Program-made: the position numbers and the translations under genes
Shown here: in pieces, positions 47,846-59,096 of the stretch
How the letters are laid out: each line of letters opens with the position of its first letter
How positions within the stretch are numbered: position 1 is the stretch's first letter
Virus record (IMG/VR): IMGVR_UViG_3300045131_002298
Coordinates: 38,742 to 102,741 of that record
Source of the DNA: a virus
DNA length: 64,000 bases
Reading direction: 5' to 3' (one strand)
The notes under the pieces: model-generated
Seen by the model: the letters and a program-made list of their open reading frames with translations, nothing else
What the model was told of the DNA's origin: nothing
Database searches by the model: none

Positions 47846-49750
47846 ATGCCGCCAGAAACAACTGAAAATACTCCACCAAGACCCGGGCTAGGTGCCTCTC
47901 GTGTAACTTATAGAATAGAAGATTTATCCCTAATAATGCCCGAGGTTCTAGAACCTCCGTATTTTGAGGGCAGAAATCCAGAACATTACTGGAATAGCTT
48001 ATCCGAGGATAATCTTAGAGGAATAGCACAAATCTTATTTTTAGAAGGCGCTCCTAATTATAGGGAACATCTTAATTATGTTTTTGATTATGGTAGAAGC
48101 TACTCTTATTGGAGGGGCTTATGGGAAGAACATAGGCCCGCTATGGTTGAGATCAGGACAATAATATATGATACAATAAGTAATATGACTGTGTCACAAG
48201 CTAACGATATGGCTCGCGTATTAAGTGAAACTTTAGAAGATAGGGTAGGATTAAGTTCTTATGCTATAGGTTTATTATCAAGATGGATATATTCCTTGCA
48301 CCTAGTCTATAGTGACGGGAGTGTAGCGTTTCCTATAATGGATTCCTCTTATACTACACTATCCGTGCCAACAGGGACTAGGCTGCGCGCTTTACATCCT
48401 TCTCTTATGCAGTACATATCATCATCTGCTGCTCAGTATGCTAACTTAACTTTTAATACTTTAGATGAAAGGTTTTTATATTTAGGTAATGTATGTAGAA
48501 CAGTAGCATTGCAGGCTAGACATATTGCTCATTATGATGTATTGACTGAAGAAGAGAAAGAATATATAAGAGAAGAATTAGCTAGTGGGCTAGATATTAG
48601 TCGAGATAATTTATTCGCTTTAATGCGGGCAGAAAATAATTTAGGCAACCCTATTGAAGTAATGGAATTGGCAACACTATTATATAATACTAGCTTATGG
48701 GCTCCGTTTGAAAATGCTTTTCTTCCTATATCCTATGACAATACTGTAGCAGTGGATCCTGAAATTACACATGCTAGTGAAGAAATTTTAGAACAGATAA
48801 ATACAATAAATACTGATAGTGTATTAACTACCCTTAACACAAGGAGAGCGCTAGAGAATTTCTCTAGAGTTATAGATGTGGTAGACAACGATAATTTATT
48901 TTTACCCTCAAGAACAGTGTTAAGAAATTATTTAACAACAATAGGTATGCCGGAAGATGTAATAGAAATTACAATGGAAAACCTAAGGACCGATCAGCAA
49001 GTTGAAGAGGCTATAAATGACTTATTGTATTATGAGGGTAGAGCGGAAAGCACAATAAGGGAAGATCATGAGCACGAAGCACTCCCTGAGCTTTCTACGA
49101 GTCAGCTTGGTGATAGATTAAATCCACAACAATTTGCACGATTTAATGAGGCTTTAACTATAGGTACGACTGCTCCTTATCGTGGTATGGAGATGCACGA
49201 AGACCTACGGGGGCAGGAATACAGGTATAGCTTTAATTCCACTGGAGGAGGCACTATAGGCGGATTTACAGGAGAAGAGGTAGCATTAGCTTCCCAAGGT
49301 GTGTGTAATCTTAATGACTTAGCTAATGCTCATTCTTATAATAAAAATCCGCAGGTTGAGTTTGAAAAAATTAAAGTTGCTTCTGAGCAAGAGATCTGGG
49401 AAGGACTACAGAAGAATCATGCAGGTATGATGGAGACTATTCAATATATACTTGATGATTGTACTATTGATTATAAAGAAACAAACAAGACAAAACGAAT
49501 TGATAAGATGAAAAACGAAATGCTGCCTAGAATTAAAGGGGTTCTCACCTGTATGGATGATAGGCTTATCCCCGAAGAAAAGGATTATATATATCTTTGG
49601 CTGGGCGAGCTTATCACATTTGCAATCAATTGCAATCAGCCTCTTCCTTATCGCCGTCTTGCTCCTGATATCCAGAAATGGGATAAGAAGGAAGAGCCGC
49701 GCATAAAAAGAATACACACTGCCTTACATATTCCAAGATTGGCGGAATAG
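47846..49750 (+). CDS. large hypothetical acidic helical protein
   Basis: 634-aa ORF; no recognised motif. Confidence 0.7.
   Translation: MPPETTENTPPRPGLGASRVTYRIEDLSLIMPEVLEPPYFEGRNPEHYWNSLSEDNLRGIAQILFLEGAPNYREHLNYVFDYGRSYSYWRGLWEEHRPAMVEIRTIIYDTISNMTVSQANDMARVLSETLEDRVGLSSYAIGLLSRWIYSLHLVYSDGSVAFPIMDSSYTTLSVPTGTRLRALHPSLMQYISSSAAQYANLTFNTLDERFLYLGNVCRTVALQARHIAHYDVLTEEEKEYIREELASGLDISRDNLFALMRAENNLGNPIEVMELATLLYNTSLWAPFENAFLPISYDNTVAVDPEITHASEEILEQINTINTDSVLTTLNTRRALENFSRVIDVVDNDNLFLPSRTVLRNYLTTIGMPEDVIEITMENLRTDQQVEEAINDLLYYEGRAESTIREDHEHEALPELSTSQLGDRLNPQQFARFNEALTIGTTAPYRGMEMHEDLRGQEYRYSFNSTGGGTIGGFTGEEVALASQGVCNLNDLANAHSYNKNPQVEFEKIKVASEQEIWEGLQKNHAGMMETIQYILDDCTIDYKETNKTKRIDKMKNEMLPRIKGVLTCMDDRLIPEEKDYIYLWLGELITFAINCNQPLPYRRLAPDIQKWDKKEEPRIKRIHTALHIPRLAE
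49620..49635. repeat. 16-bp palindrome copy 7 (within CDS)
   Basis: TTGCAATCAATTGCAA, read as AINCN. Confidence 0.85.
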
Positions 49751-49752
49751 TT

Positions 49753-50283
49753 ATGTCGCTAGATTATTATAGTGCGATTTTTCATATAGTAGCATCACTT
49801 CTTATTATAGGTAGTATATCTATAGCACATAGAATATTTATTATTAAGACTTTTATTAAGCACTACTGTAAGTATGATCTACGTAGTGCTTTTCCGGAAG
49901 CGGCCCCTATACCTCAAGAGGGTCCTATACCAGTAGTTAGAACTATAGATTTTACTTGGGAGCCTTCTTTGTGGTTTAAAAATTACGATGAACGTGCTGC
50001 CATTATTACTGGCGCAGCTATTGCCGCTTATAAGAAATACGATAATTATTATAATTTATTTGAGGGAAGAATATTATTAGATCTGTCGATTAAAGCTGTT
50101 AAGAAAAGCTGTTTTGAGCATGGCTTTGGGATATGTATGAATTATGTTACTCCTAGATGGGGCGGAGAAATTTCTATAACTATAGTGGATAAACCTGTGG
50201 AAAAACCTATAGAAAAGCCGGTACAGAAGCTTACAGAAGAAGTGCCAAGAATAAGGCAGATAATGGTGTGTAAAAATGTATAA
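49753..50283 (+). CDS. hypothetical membrane-anchored protein ending RQIMVCKNV
   Basis: N-terminal TM segment; shared C-terminal motif. Confidence 0.65.
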   Translation: MSLDYYSAIFHIVASLLIIGSISIAHRIFIIKTFIKHYCKYDLRSAFPEAAPIPQEGPIPVVRTIDFTWEPSLWFKNYDERAAIITGAAIAAYKKYDNYYNLFEGRILLDLSIKAVKKSCFEHGFGICMNYVTPRWGGEISITIVDKPVEKPIEKPVQKLTEEVPRIRQIMVCKNV

Positions 50284-50749
50284 ACTTTACTATGAGTTAG
50301 ATAAGCCTGAAGTTTTAAATTTAACTCGTATTAAATATAGCAGATACATGGACACAATACAATGTAATCACGGCTCTAGTAGCTGGAGAGAGCCAGCAGG
50401 TTACAGATGGAGTGATCTGGAACTAGAGGGAGTCTGTGATGAACTAAGCGCAGTATTTTTTAATAGATTAATCTATTCCCCCATGGATATGATTCCTCTT
50501 TTCTATATTAAAGAGGAAGAGGCAAATTCTTATCTAAAGGTGATGCAGAGTAGCATTATTAAGTGGAATTTTACAGATAGTGAATACAGACCTAGTGAAA
50601 ATTTCTCCTTAACGTTGTCTATAAGAGATATAGAGCGTTTGATTTTTGGCGCAGTAGATAAATCTAAGAAAGAAAAACCTAAGAGGAAGCTTAAACAAAA
50701 AAAGGTAATCATTCCAGAAAGGCAGATAGTCATATGTCGTATGCCTTAA
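50276..50749 (+). CDS. hypothetical protein ending RQIVICRMP
   Basis: Shared C-terminal motif. Confidence 0.65.
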   Translation: MYKLYYELDKPEVLNLTRIKYSRYMDTIQCNHGSSSWREPAGYRWSDLELEGVCDELSAVFFNRLIYSPMDMIPLFYIKEEEANSYLKVMQSSIIKWNFTDSEYRPSENFSLTLSIRDIERLIFGAVDKSKKEKPKRKLKQKKVIIPERQIVICRMP

Positions 50750-51273
50750 GATGGGCTATAAACGGTCCTAATGTGTTTGATGTAAATAGTATTTATATAA
50801 ATACATTTAGGGATGGTTCTTTTAATAATTTAGAGCAGGTGTATCACCGCGCTTGTGCTGATATAATTTCTTCCGCTGCCTCAACTAGAATACAACTAAA
50901 AAGGTGTAAAAATTTTTTCAATGAAAGCACTATTGAAAATTTACGCTCTTATATGCATATTCCTTTTCCTCCTTTTTATATCGTAGAAGAGGGGAATAGA
51001 TCAGCTATAGGTGTAAGTACAAATAGTTGCGCTTCTCATTCAACTAGATTAGTAAAATTTAATTATTCCTTCTTGTCTTCTTTAACATGGGATATGGAGA
51101 TAGTGACATCCGGAGTAATAGAATATCTTAATCAGCCTAATATAAAATTAGATTATATAGAGTTTTCTCTGGGTGTGGTAGAAAAACCTAAGAAAAGTAA
51201 ATATATAGAAGTTAGTTGCGGAGAAAGAAGCATAATTGTATCAAGGAGGAAGAATGGAGCCAAGCGGGTATAG
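50734..51273 (+). CDS. hypothetical protein with RSIIVSRR near the C-terminus
   Basis: Variant of the shared motif. Confidence 0.6.
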   Translation: MSYALRWAINGPNVFDVNSIYINTFRDGSFNNLEQVYHRACADIISSAASTRIQLKRCKNFFNESTIENLRSYMHIPFPPFYIVEEGNRSAIGVSTNSCASHSTRLVKFNYSFLSSLTWDMEIVTSGVIEYLNQPNIKLDYIEFSLGVVEKPKKSKYIEVSCGERSIIVSRRKNGAKRV

Positions 51274-51490
51274 CACAGCGTTTATAATAGGATTTGGTTT
51301 AGGGCTAGTATTATCCATGGTTGTGCTCGGAGTAATGTCAGAAAAGACATGGGTGTGGCACGATGGTTTCTATGCTGCGTATACTATGCAGATGGAAGGA
51401 AAGCTTGAAGAACTTGCGCCCTCTTCTATAAAAAAGCGCTTCGAGATAGATCAGGTCGTAAAAAAATTTGAGGACAAAAAATAAAGCTTG

Positions 51491-52735
51491 GTGATTACTC
51501 CCCAGTGGCTTTCAGCCAAGGGGCTTCTACGGGTTTGAGACCGACAGCTTGTAATCCCAAGCTGAGTATGTTCAATGCAGCGTTTTCGTCTCGATCGAGC
51601 GATAGCTCGCAACAAGGGCATTTGTAATGACGGTTCGACAACTTAAGTTTCTGCCGATAACCGCATCTGGAGCAGGTTTGACTGGTGTAAGCGGGACATA
51701 CTCGAACGAAAGTTCTACCGGCGCATTCTGCCTTGTAGGCCAACATGTTCGAGAAGCTATTCCAAGCCGCATCTGCTATGCTTTTGTTAAGACAAGTAAA
51801 ATTGTCCTGCTGCATATTGTTGATATTCAAATCTTCCACGGCTATGCCGCCGAATTCTTTGACAATTTTATGAGAAAGTTTATGAGCAAAGTCTTTACGT
51901 TTGTTTGCTATGCGCTCATGAACACGAGCCACCGCTTTGCGTTTTCGTTTATGTTCTCTTGTACCCTTTTCTCGTTTAGATAAACGTCTATTAACTTTAG
52001 CAAGGGCCTTCTCTTCCGACTTAAAGAATCTTGGATTCGCTACGTGCGTTCCATCAGACAGAGTTACAAAAGAAATAACTCCGGCATCTATGCCAACGAA
52101 GTTATCCAGAGGGGGCAGCGTGTTCTTCTCAATCTCACACGAAAAGGAAACAAACCATTTGCCTGTAGGGGTTTTCTTAACCGTGCAAGTTTTAATTTTT
52201 CCTTCGGTAGGTCGATGAATCACAGCGCGTACTTTGCCAATCTTGGAGAGGCTTATGCTTGCTTCGCCTACTTTAAATCCACTTTGTGGGTATGTAAACG
52301 AAGTATAACGCCCACGCCCGTGAAACCTGGGGTATCCTGGCTTCTCGCCGCGTTTCACACGACGAAAGAAAGACAAGTAAGCAAGCTCAATACGCCTTGC
52401 AATGTCTTGCAATACTTGAGAATGCACTGCATTCAAATCTGGTACGCGCTGCTTCAATACCTTGAACGTGTTCATTTAATCGTAAATAGAAAGTCCTTTT
52501 TTTTCAAGTTCCCAGCTCTGCTTGCGCATCTCAAGCAAATGATTGTACATAAGCCTGCACTGCTCAAGCGTGTTCTCAAGCAACGTGAGTTGCTTCTTAG
52601 TGGGATAAATTCGATATTGAAAGGTCTTTCTCATGTTTTACAGTATACTGCTACGCTACTTTAAAGTCAAGAAGAATCTCTCACAAAACGCTTGACAAAG
52701 GAGAAAACTTATGCTACATTTAGAAAATAAAAAAA
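51491..52735 (-). mobile_element. TnpB-only IS200/IS605-family element, copy 2
   Basis: Same right end (GGGGAGTAATCAC) and upstream region as copy 1. Left boundary approximate. Confidence 0.75.
51495..52634 (-). pseudogene. tnpB: tnpB with an in-frame TAA at 52476-52478 immediately followed by ATG
   Basis: Near-identical to copy 1; LYDQIGT has become IYD*MNT; RuvC residues intact. Confidence 0.8.
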
Positions 52736-52768
52736 AAGCTTGACAAAGTTTAAAATCTGTGGTATATA
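52692..52768 (+). promoter_or_regulatory. tandem sigma70 promoters (element-borne 52692; resident 52740)
   Basis: TTGACA-N17-TACATT and AAAGC-TTGACA-N17-TATATA. Confidence 0.7.
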
Positions 52769-52799
52769 CATATAAAATCTTGAAAAGAAAGGAAATAAA

Positions 52800-55700
52800 A
52801 TGTCTCGGGCTGTAGTAACTCCAAAATGTGAGGTTTGTAAAACAGAGCGCGCAACTATATTCGCGCCTGATTGCGGGGGATATCCCTCTGTGGGAGTCCT
52901 TAATGACTGGAAATTCTTATGTAAGAAATGTAATACTCAGGAATATTTTATATTTATTAGTGATTACTATCAAAACCAAAGACAAACATCAGACTGGGTA
53001 CAGCATCTTAGTGATAAGAATTGGTTTGATATTATAGACTTTGGAGATATGCTTATGCGATATCAACATGAGATGGAGTCAGCTCGTGGAATTTAAAGAA
53101 TTTGCTAATGAGTGGATGAAACAGTTTTTTATGGAACCTGCTTCTGCAGAAAACTGTGAGAAGATGAGTAAACTAGTATATGCTTATCTTTGGGCCCATC
53201 CCGAATTCTCTAAGCATAGGGAAGATATAGAGTTTTTCTGGAATAAGGTGGGTGAGGCTTGGGATAGTATAAGCGAATCCTACCATACGGACCCCAAACC
53301 ATTATGAAAGATATACCAACCGAGGCTTTAGATAGAAGTTGGCTTTCAGAAGTGTTGGACTGTTTAGAAGACGAAGCTGAGTATATGGAATATGTTCAAT
53401 ACGAAGAAGAATATGCAAATGGAATGCTCTATGTAATAGATGTATTGAGGGAATGGTATGATAGAAAAACATTCGTGGAAGTCGATTTTTCTAGAAGAAA
53501 TGCAGAATTTCGACGAGACGTGGAATGATGTAATCTCTTGTACCGCTACTCGAGAAGAGATAGACAGGGAAGTTACACGTAATGAAGAACATGATCGTAT
53601 TTATCTAAGCAAAGAGCTAACGCCAGAATCAATATATGCGACTACTTCTACTCGCTTGTATTTTGTAGTGGATTTTGAAAGTTTTAGATATATTGCGTCT
53701 CTTCCTATAAACTTTAAAGAAGGCGATAAAGCCGAAGATTTATATGTAGGTTAAAATGTGTCTTACAGAACTATTTTATTTTTTCTGGGATTCTCTTTGT
53801 GATCCTAATAAAGTATTCGCGTGGCTTATTATAATTCCTATAAGCACTTGTCTTGGTATTGCATTATGCAACACAATGGAGAAATATTTTGGGTTTGCTA
53901 CTACTGGGGTAATATATCTTATAATAGTTATCACTATGTTTGCTACTGGTATCATAAGGTGGTGTTAGTATGATTGGTAAAAAAGTTCCAACTAAAGATA
54001 ACACTTTCAGGCTTGAAATTTCCCGGGCAGAAATAGAGGAACAACAAAGTAAGTCTTCTCCGGGAACAAACTTCTGGGCAGATTGGGTGAATTCTGCGGG
54101 TAGTAATACAGATAAGGAATGGGAAGCGCTATCTGAAGAAGAGAAAGCTGACTACCAAAAGAAACACTATATCACAGAGCAGTACTACTATTACAAAAAT
54201 GAAAAGGGAGAAACTGTTCCGTATATGCGATGGACGCTAAACACAGATTGGACCTGGGATATATGGGACATGGAAAAAGGTATAGAATACCGCCGCTGCT
54301 ACCCCGCTTCTATGAAGAATGAAGATATCATTGAAGAAGTACTAATAGACTATTCTTTTACTAAGAAGGAGAAAGAATGACACAGGAAGAAATTACTAAA
54401 AATATTATTGATACGTTAAAGGCTGCAGAGGCCTTAGAGCCAGAGCACCAAAAAGTAGTTGAAAAAATACTTGAACTAATGACAAAGAGTTTTACCTTGA
54501 TAGTAGATGAGAAGAAAATTGACGAGGCTGTAGAAACATGTATGCTCCCCTTACTTGCTATGGTCTGCTTTGATTTTCTTCAGAACTATGTAGTAAAAAA
54601 CTTACCACACGAAGAAGCTTTAAAGATGCTCACTACATCTATTTTTTCATCAATGGGGAAGAAAAACCATGAAGATTAATGTGTGGTTTGCAATAGAGGA
54701 TTACTTTACAGGTGGAGTTGAATACAGTATGGGGGACCTTATAGAATTTGATGATACCTCTATGTCTGTTTTCTTTGAAACTTTTGGGGTAGCTCCTTTA
54801 TATACATTTGATATTACAAATAATAGAGGAAATAATGACGTCATCTTTGAAGATATTGCTCATGAGAAAGGTCTATTTCAGATTAAGTTATTCCCAGATA
54901 CAGATTATGTACATTCGATAGTTTTAGACGCAGAGCTTATTGATTTTGAGAAGACTGGAGAGAATGAACTTTCAGTAACTGTAAAACTTTGGGCAGGGGG
55001 CCTCTACAAAATATATGATGAACTCTCAGACTAAAACAGTTTATAGAATTTTATCGTTACATAATGGCACCCCTGTGTATCGTGTGTATAATAAACAACA
55101 AGCACAAGACATACTTATGAAATGTAACGAGCGTTACCCTGATAAACCTTTTTGGCTAGAGGAGAAAGTCATTGAGAGTTAATTCGGCTTTTATGATGTA
55201 TTCTAATGTATTAACTGGAATAATGTCTCCTGTAGGTTATAGAGAAGAGGCCGCTCCTCCTATGGCGTGTATATTAGCTAAATTAATAAGTTACTTAGCT
55301 TATTTTTATGCCGATATAATAAGAGAAGAAAACCCTGAAACTAGAAGATTCCCTGATGATGATCCTTATACTATTGCTGAATGCTGGGCCCACGCTAAAG
55401 GATTTGAGCTTTGCCTTAAGACTCTTTTAAAATCTTTCCCTGCTAATGAGAAAATTGCAGAAAACGCTTTAGCTATATTAGATCATCTTTTTATAGAGGA
55501 AGAGGAAGAAAATGGATAAAATCTACATTATAAGATCAGGTGATTACATTTTTCGTGCTTATTCTTCCAAAGAAGAGGCAGAGAAATATAGAAGACATAT
55601 TGAGGATAGTATGAAAGGAAGAAATAAATTTATACCTAGATCTATGCGACCTCGTCCTATAGATTTGCAATTAATTGCATTTCCTATCAGCCAAGAGGGA

Positions 55701-56235
55701 GATCCTCTAGATATGCGCTTAATGAGTATACATGCTGGTGCTGGAGATTCCACCCAATACCACGAACTTGGGGAAGTAAAGTGACCTTCTTAAATGCGCT
55801 TCTTATATCCTCTGTCTACGGAGGCTTGCTAGTATTTATGGTGGGTTCCACCTTAGGAGTATTGAAGGTAACTACAAAATATACAGATAATGAATATGCG
55901 CCTTTTATTACCCTTACTGCGTGGTTCACTTTCTTTTTTGCGCTCTTAATATATGCAGGAGAAAATTGTAAATGAACATTCCTATACCACAAGATATCCC
56001 TGGTCTCATCACATTCTGGATCTTCCTCTCATGGATCCCCCTTCTAAGGGCTGTAACTATGGGTGTATTGAAGGAGTATCCTCGTATTCTGGAAAGACGT
56101 AGCGAAGACATTCCAGAACATGTTAACAGATATATCACCAAGGGAGCCGCAATAGTAATAACTCTTGTGTTTTATGTGATAGTAACATTCGCTCTTCTTG
56201 GCCTTCGTCTTCTCATCCAAATGATTTGGTGCTAA
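52800..56235 (+). other. array of about 13 small hypothetical genes, several membrane-type
   Basis: Head-to-tail short ORFs; the first has CxxC motifs. Confidence 0.55.
55665..55680. repeat. variant of the 16-bp palindrome
   Basis: TTGCAATTAATTGCAT. Confidence 0.55.
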
Positions 56236-56241
56236 TTTATT

Positions 56242-57897
56242 ATGAATCATACACACCATTCACCCACCGAATACTCGCATGAATGGAGACTCTCGGGAGT
56301 CCCGCCCCTCCTCACATTCCTGCCAACTCCCATCCTCAATCTATTCCCGCTCTTGAGCCCAGAGGGTAATTTTAAATTGCACTCTTACCTCAAGAGCCGC
56401 GGAATCTCGCAGGCTACATATACGCGCTTTGGGGTGCGCTTTAATGAATGGGATGAACTTGTCTTTCCTTACACAAGCATTTTAGGCAATACTATTGGTA
56501 TAGTGTTTAGAAATATTGACACTAAAAAGATCTCGGGCCTCAAAGTCCCTGCTCTTGTAGAAGACGACATCGAGCTCCCTAAAAAAGCTCGCATGGGCGC
56601 ATGGTTCGGCCTACACTTAATAGATATAACTCAGCCCCTTCTCATAGTAGAAGGAGAGTGTTTTCCTGGCGATGCTTCGGTCCTAACTCCTAACGGGTGG
56701 GTAGAATTATGTGATTATAAAGGAGAGGATGTTTTACAGGTAAATGATGATATGTCAGCTTCCTATGTAACGCCCTCCGCTTATATTAGAAAACCGTATA
56801 AAGGTGAAATGGTAATAAGGGAAGCTAAAGGATATTATTCTAAAACAACTCCAGAGCATCTCTTAGTAGCTACTGATTATAATGGTAATCTTTGTAAAAA
56901 ACCTGCAGGTAGTCATATACCTCAAACACATCATATTCCTCGGGCTGTTATATTAGATGGAACAGGAATAAATTTATCCGACGATCAATTACGTTTAAGT
57001 ATAGCTATAAGTGCAGATGCACATATAGCTGATAGAAAGGGTACAGGTTACCATAAGCCTAGAGAAAAAAGATATGCCACAATGGCATTTACTAAGCAGA
57101 GAAAAATTAATAGATTAATACAATTATTAGATAATCTTAATATTGTATTTTATTTAGGTAATTGGAAGAACGGGTATACTTCTATATGCTTTCCTATTCC
57201 TGATTGGGTCCCCGGCAGATTTCTTCCTCACGTTTGGATAGCTTTATCTACTCTTAGACAAAAAGAAATAATACTAGAAGAATTAGTGTTATGGGACGGA
57301 AACAGAGTTAAAGGGAGGAATCAAACTGATTATTGCTCTAAATATAAGGAAAATGTAATATTTGTTCAGACTATAGCACATACCTACGGACGTATATCCA
57401 CTTTAATGAAACAGAAAAATCAATGGGGGGAGTGGTATAAGGTTTCAATTCTTCATAATAAAAATAGTAATAGTTTTCAATGTATTCATAAGAGAGAAGA
57501 AATATTTGATGGAATAGTATATTGTGTAACTGTTCCCTCCGGTATGATTTTAGTGAAGCAGAATGATAGAATTACTGTAACGGGAAATTGTGATGCGATG
57601 TTCGCCTACCAATGTGGCTTCACTAACGTGATATCACCAGGAGGCATGGGCCCCACCAAATCTCAAATAAAGGCTATACCCAATAAGGTTATATACTTGG
57701 GATTCGATGCTGATGAAGCGGGGCTCCACGGCATGAAACAAACCACCTACAGATTAGGAAAGCAAAAAAGAGTGTGGTGGGTAAACTGGAACGTAGAGGG
57801 TAAAGGTAAAGATCCCAGCGACTTACGAACCAGAGAAGACTTTTGGACTTGCGTCGCAAAAATGAAGCCAACTCTAGAAGGATGGGTAACATGGTAG
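56242..57897 (+). CDS. second primase-like TOPRIM protein (no Zn-binding domain), intein-containing
   Basis: YLKSRGIS, LVFPY, WFGL, LIVEGE|intein|CDA, GFDADEAG, KDPSD. Confidence 0.82.
   Translation: MNHTHHSPTEYSHEWRLSGVPPLLTFLPTPILNLFPLLSPEGNFKLHSYLKSRGISQATYTRFGVRFNEWDELVFPYTSILGNTIGIVFRNIDTKKISGLKVPALVEDDIELPKKARMGAWFGLHLIDITQPLLIVEGECFPGDASVLTPNGWVELCDYKGEDVLQVNDDMSASYVTPSAYIRKPYKGEMVIREAKGYYSKTTPEHLLVATDYNGNLCKKPAGSHIPQTHHIPRAVILDGTGINLSDDQLRLSIAISADAHIADRKGTGYHKPREKRYATMAFTKQRKINRLIQLLDNLNIVFYLGNWKNGYTSICFPIPDWVPGRFLPHVWIALSTLRQKEIILEELVLWDGNRVKGRNQTDYCSKYKENVIFVQTIAHTYGRISTLMKQKNQWGEWYKVSILHNKNSNSFQCIHKREEIFDGIVYCVTVPSGMILVKQNDRITVTGNCDAMFAYQCGFTNVISPGGMGPTKSQIKAIPNKVIYLGFDADEAGLHGMKQTTYRLGKQKRVWWVNWNVEGKGKDPSDLRTREDFWTCVAKMKPTLEGWVTW
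56659..57588 (+). mobile_element. intein with degenerate LAGLIDADG endonuclease
   Basis: CFPGDASVLTPNGW, TPEH (block B), AISADAH and LVLWDG helices, VYCVTVPSG...VTGN|C. Confidence 0.9.
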
Positions 57898-58193
57898 ATA
57901 CATACCCAAAACCTAAAGGTGTCTCAGATGAACTATGGAAGGGGGCGTTACGATTCTACCCTGATATTGTAAAACAAATATACAACATTGCTATAGCTCC
58001 CGGCTTCGCATACGAAGGTAGAACTAAATATGACGCAATCAATGAACAAATAAAAACTGTAGTGATCTTTTTTCAATACAGAGAAGTGCTATCCATCTGG
58101 CGGGATCAGCTTCTATCAACAACCCAAGTTGATCCAACCCCAGAGCTGACCCCCAGCATTATAACAAGACAAATAGTGGTGTGTAGGAGCTAG
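57891..58193 (+). CDS. hypothetical protein ending RQIVVCRS
   Basis: Paralogue of the next gene (YP.P.GVS...W); shared C-terminal motif. Confidence 0.65.
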   Translation: MVDTYPKPKGVSDELWKGALRFYPDIVKQIYNIAIAPGFAYEGRTKYDAINEQIKTVVIFFQYREVLSIWRDQLLSTTQVDPTPELTPSIITRQIVVCRS

Positions 58194-58194
58194 C

Positions 58195-58500
58195 ATGTCT
58201 GACACTTTTTATCCACGACCTCCAGGTGTATCTGCTGACTCCTGGCAATACATCCGGGAAGAATATGACTTTCTCCTTGACGTCATCTACGCAATAGCTA
58301 ACAGACCAATACCCCTAGCGGAAAAGCAGGATCAAATAAAATATGCGATTGATATAAATCTAAACCGGGGCTCTCAAACCTACAACTCTTTTATGGTTTG
58401 GGTAGAACATATCCTATACAACTGCTACAACCCAGAAATTGCTTCCACTCTCCCAAAGAAGCCTCTCACAAGAAACATAGTGGTGTGCAAAAATGCTTAG
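58195..58500 (+). CDS. hypothetical protein ending RNIVVCKNA
   Basis: Shared C-terminal motif. Confidence 0.65.
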   Translation: MSDTFYPRPPGVSADSWQYIREEYDFLLDVIYAIANRPIPLAEKQDQIKYAIDINLNRGSQTYNSFMVWVEHILYNCYNPEIASTLPKKPLTRNIVVCKNA

Positions 58501-58903
58501 AAGTAGAATCAAAATCCTAGTCAATCGCTACGACAAAAGAGCAGACCGGCTTAGACCATCGCCCAAGGATACAGCTATTGAAAAATACACACCAGCCAAA
58601 GGTGAAGTCTATGAATACAATTACGTAATTAACCAGTTGATTAACGCTCTCAACCACTCTAGTAATGACGCCTCTCTTTCTTATTTTATAGAGATAGTCC
58701 TTCATACAGAACAGCACAGGGAATCAAGTTTCCGTGGAACCGCCCGCTCTGATTACACAATCGCCCCAGAGCACGAAGGCCGGGTCTCCGCCTGCTCCAA
58801 AATAATCCAAGATCTAAAAGGAGCCCTCACCTCCTTTAACAAAACCAAAGAAGCCACTCCCCCTTTTTCTAACCTAAGAAACTTAGTGGTGTGCAAGGAG
58901 TAA
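58493..58903 (+). CDS. hypothetical protein ending RNLVVCKE
   Basis: Shared C-terminal motif. Confidence 0.65.
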   Translation: MLRSRIKILVNRYDKRADRLRPSPKDTAIEKYTPAKGEVYEYNYVINQLINALNHSSNDASLSYFIEIVLHTEQHRESSFRGTARSDYTIAPEHEGRVSACSKIIQDLKGALTSFNKTKEATPPFSNLRNLVVCKE

Positions 58904-58904
58904 A

Positions 58905-59096
58905 GTGAAAGATTCCACCATAAAGGCTATCCCTTATATACTTATAGCTCCCACAATAATCCTGGGAATCGCTATAACCTACACTGCTGATGCTCCTTTT
59001 GATTGGTGGGCAGGCGGGGCCCTCATGGCACTCGGCTTCGACAAAATTTTAGAGTTAGTAGCGGAAGGTCTGAAGGACAAATTTATAAAAAAATAA
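58905..59096 (+). CDS. small membrane protein
   Basis: Two hydrophobic segments; AAGGAG RBS. Confidence 0.55.
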   Translation: MKDSTIKAIPYILIAPTIILGIAITYTADAPFDWWAGGALMALGFDKILELVAEGLKDKFIKK

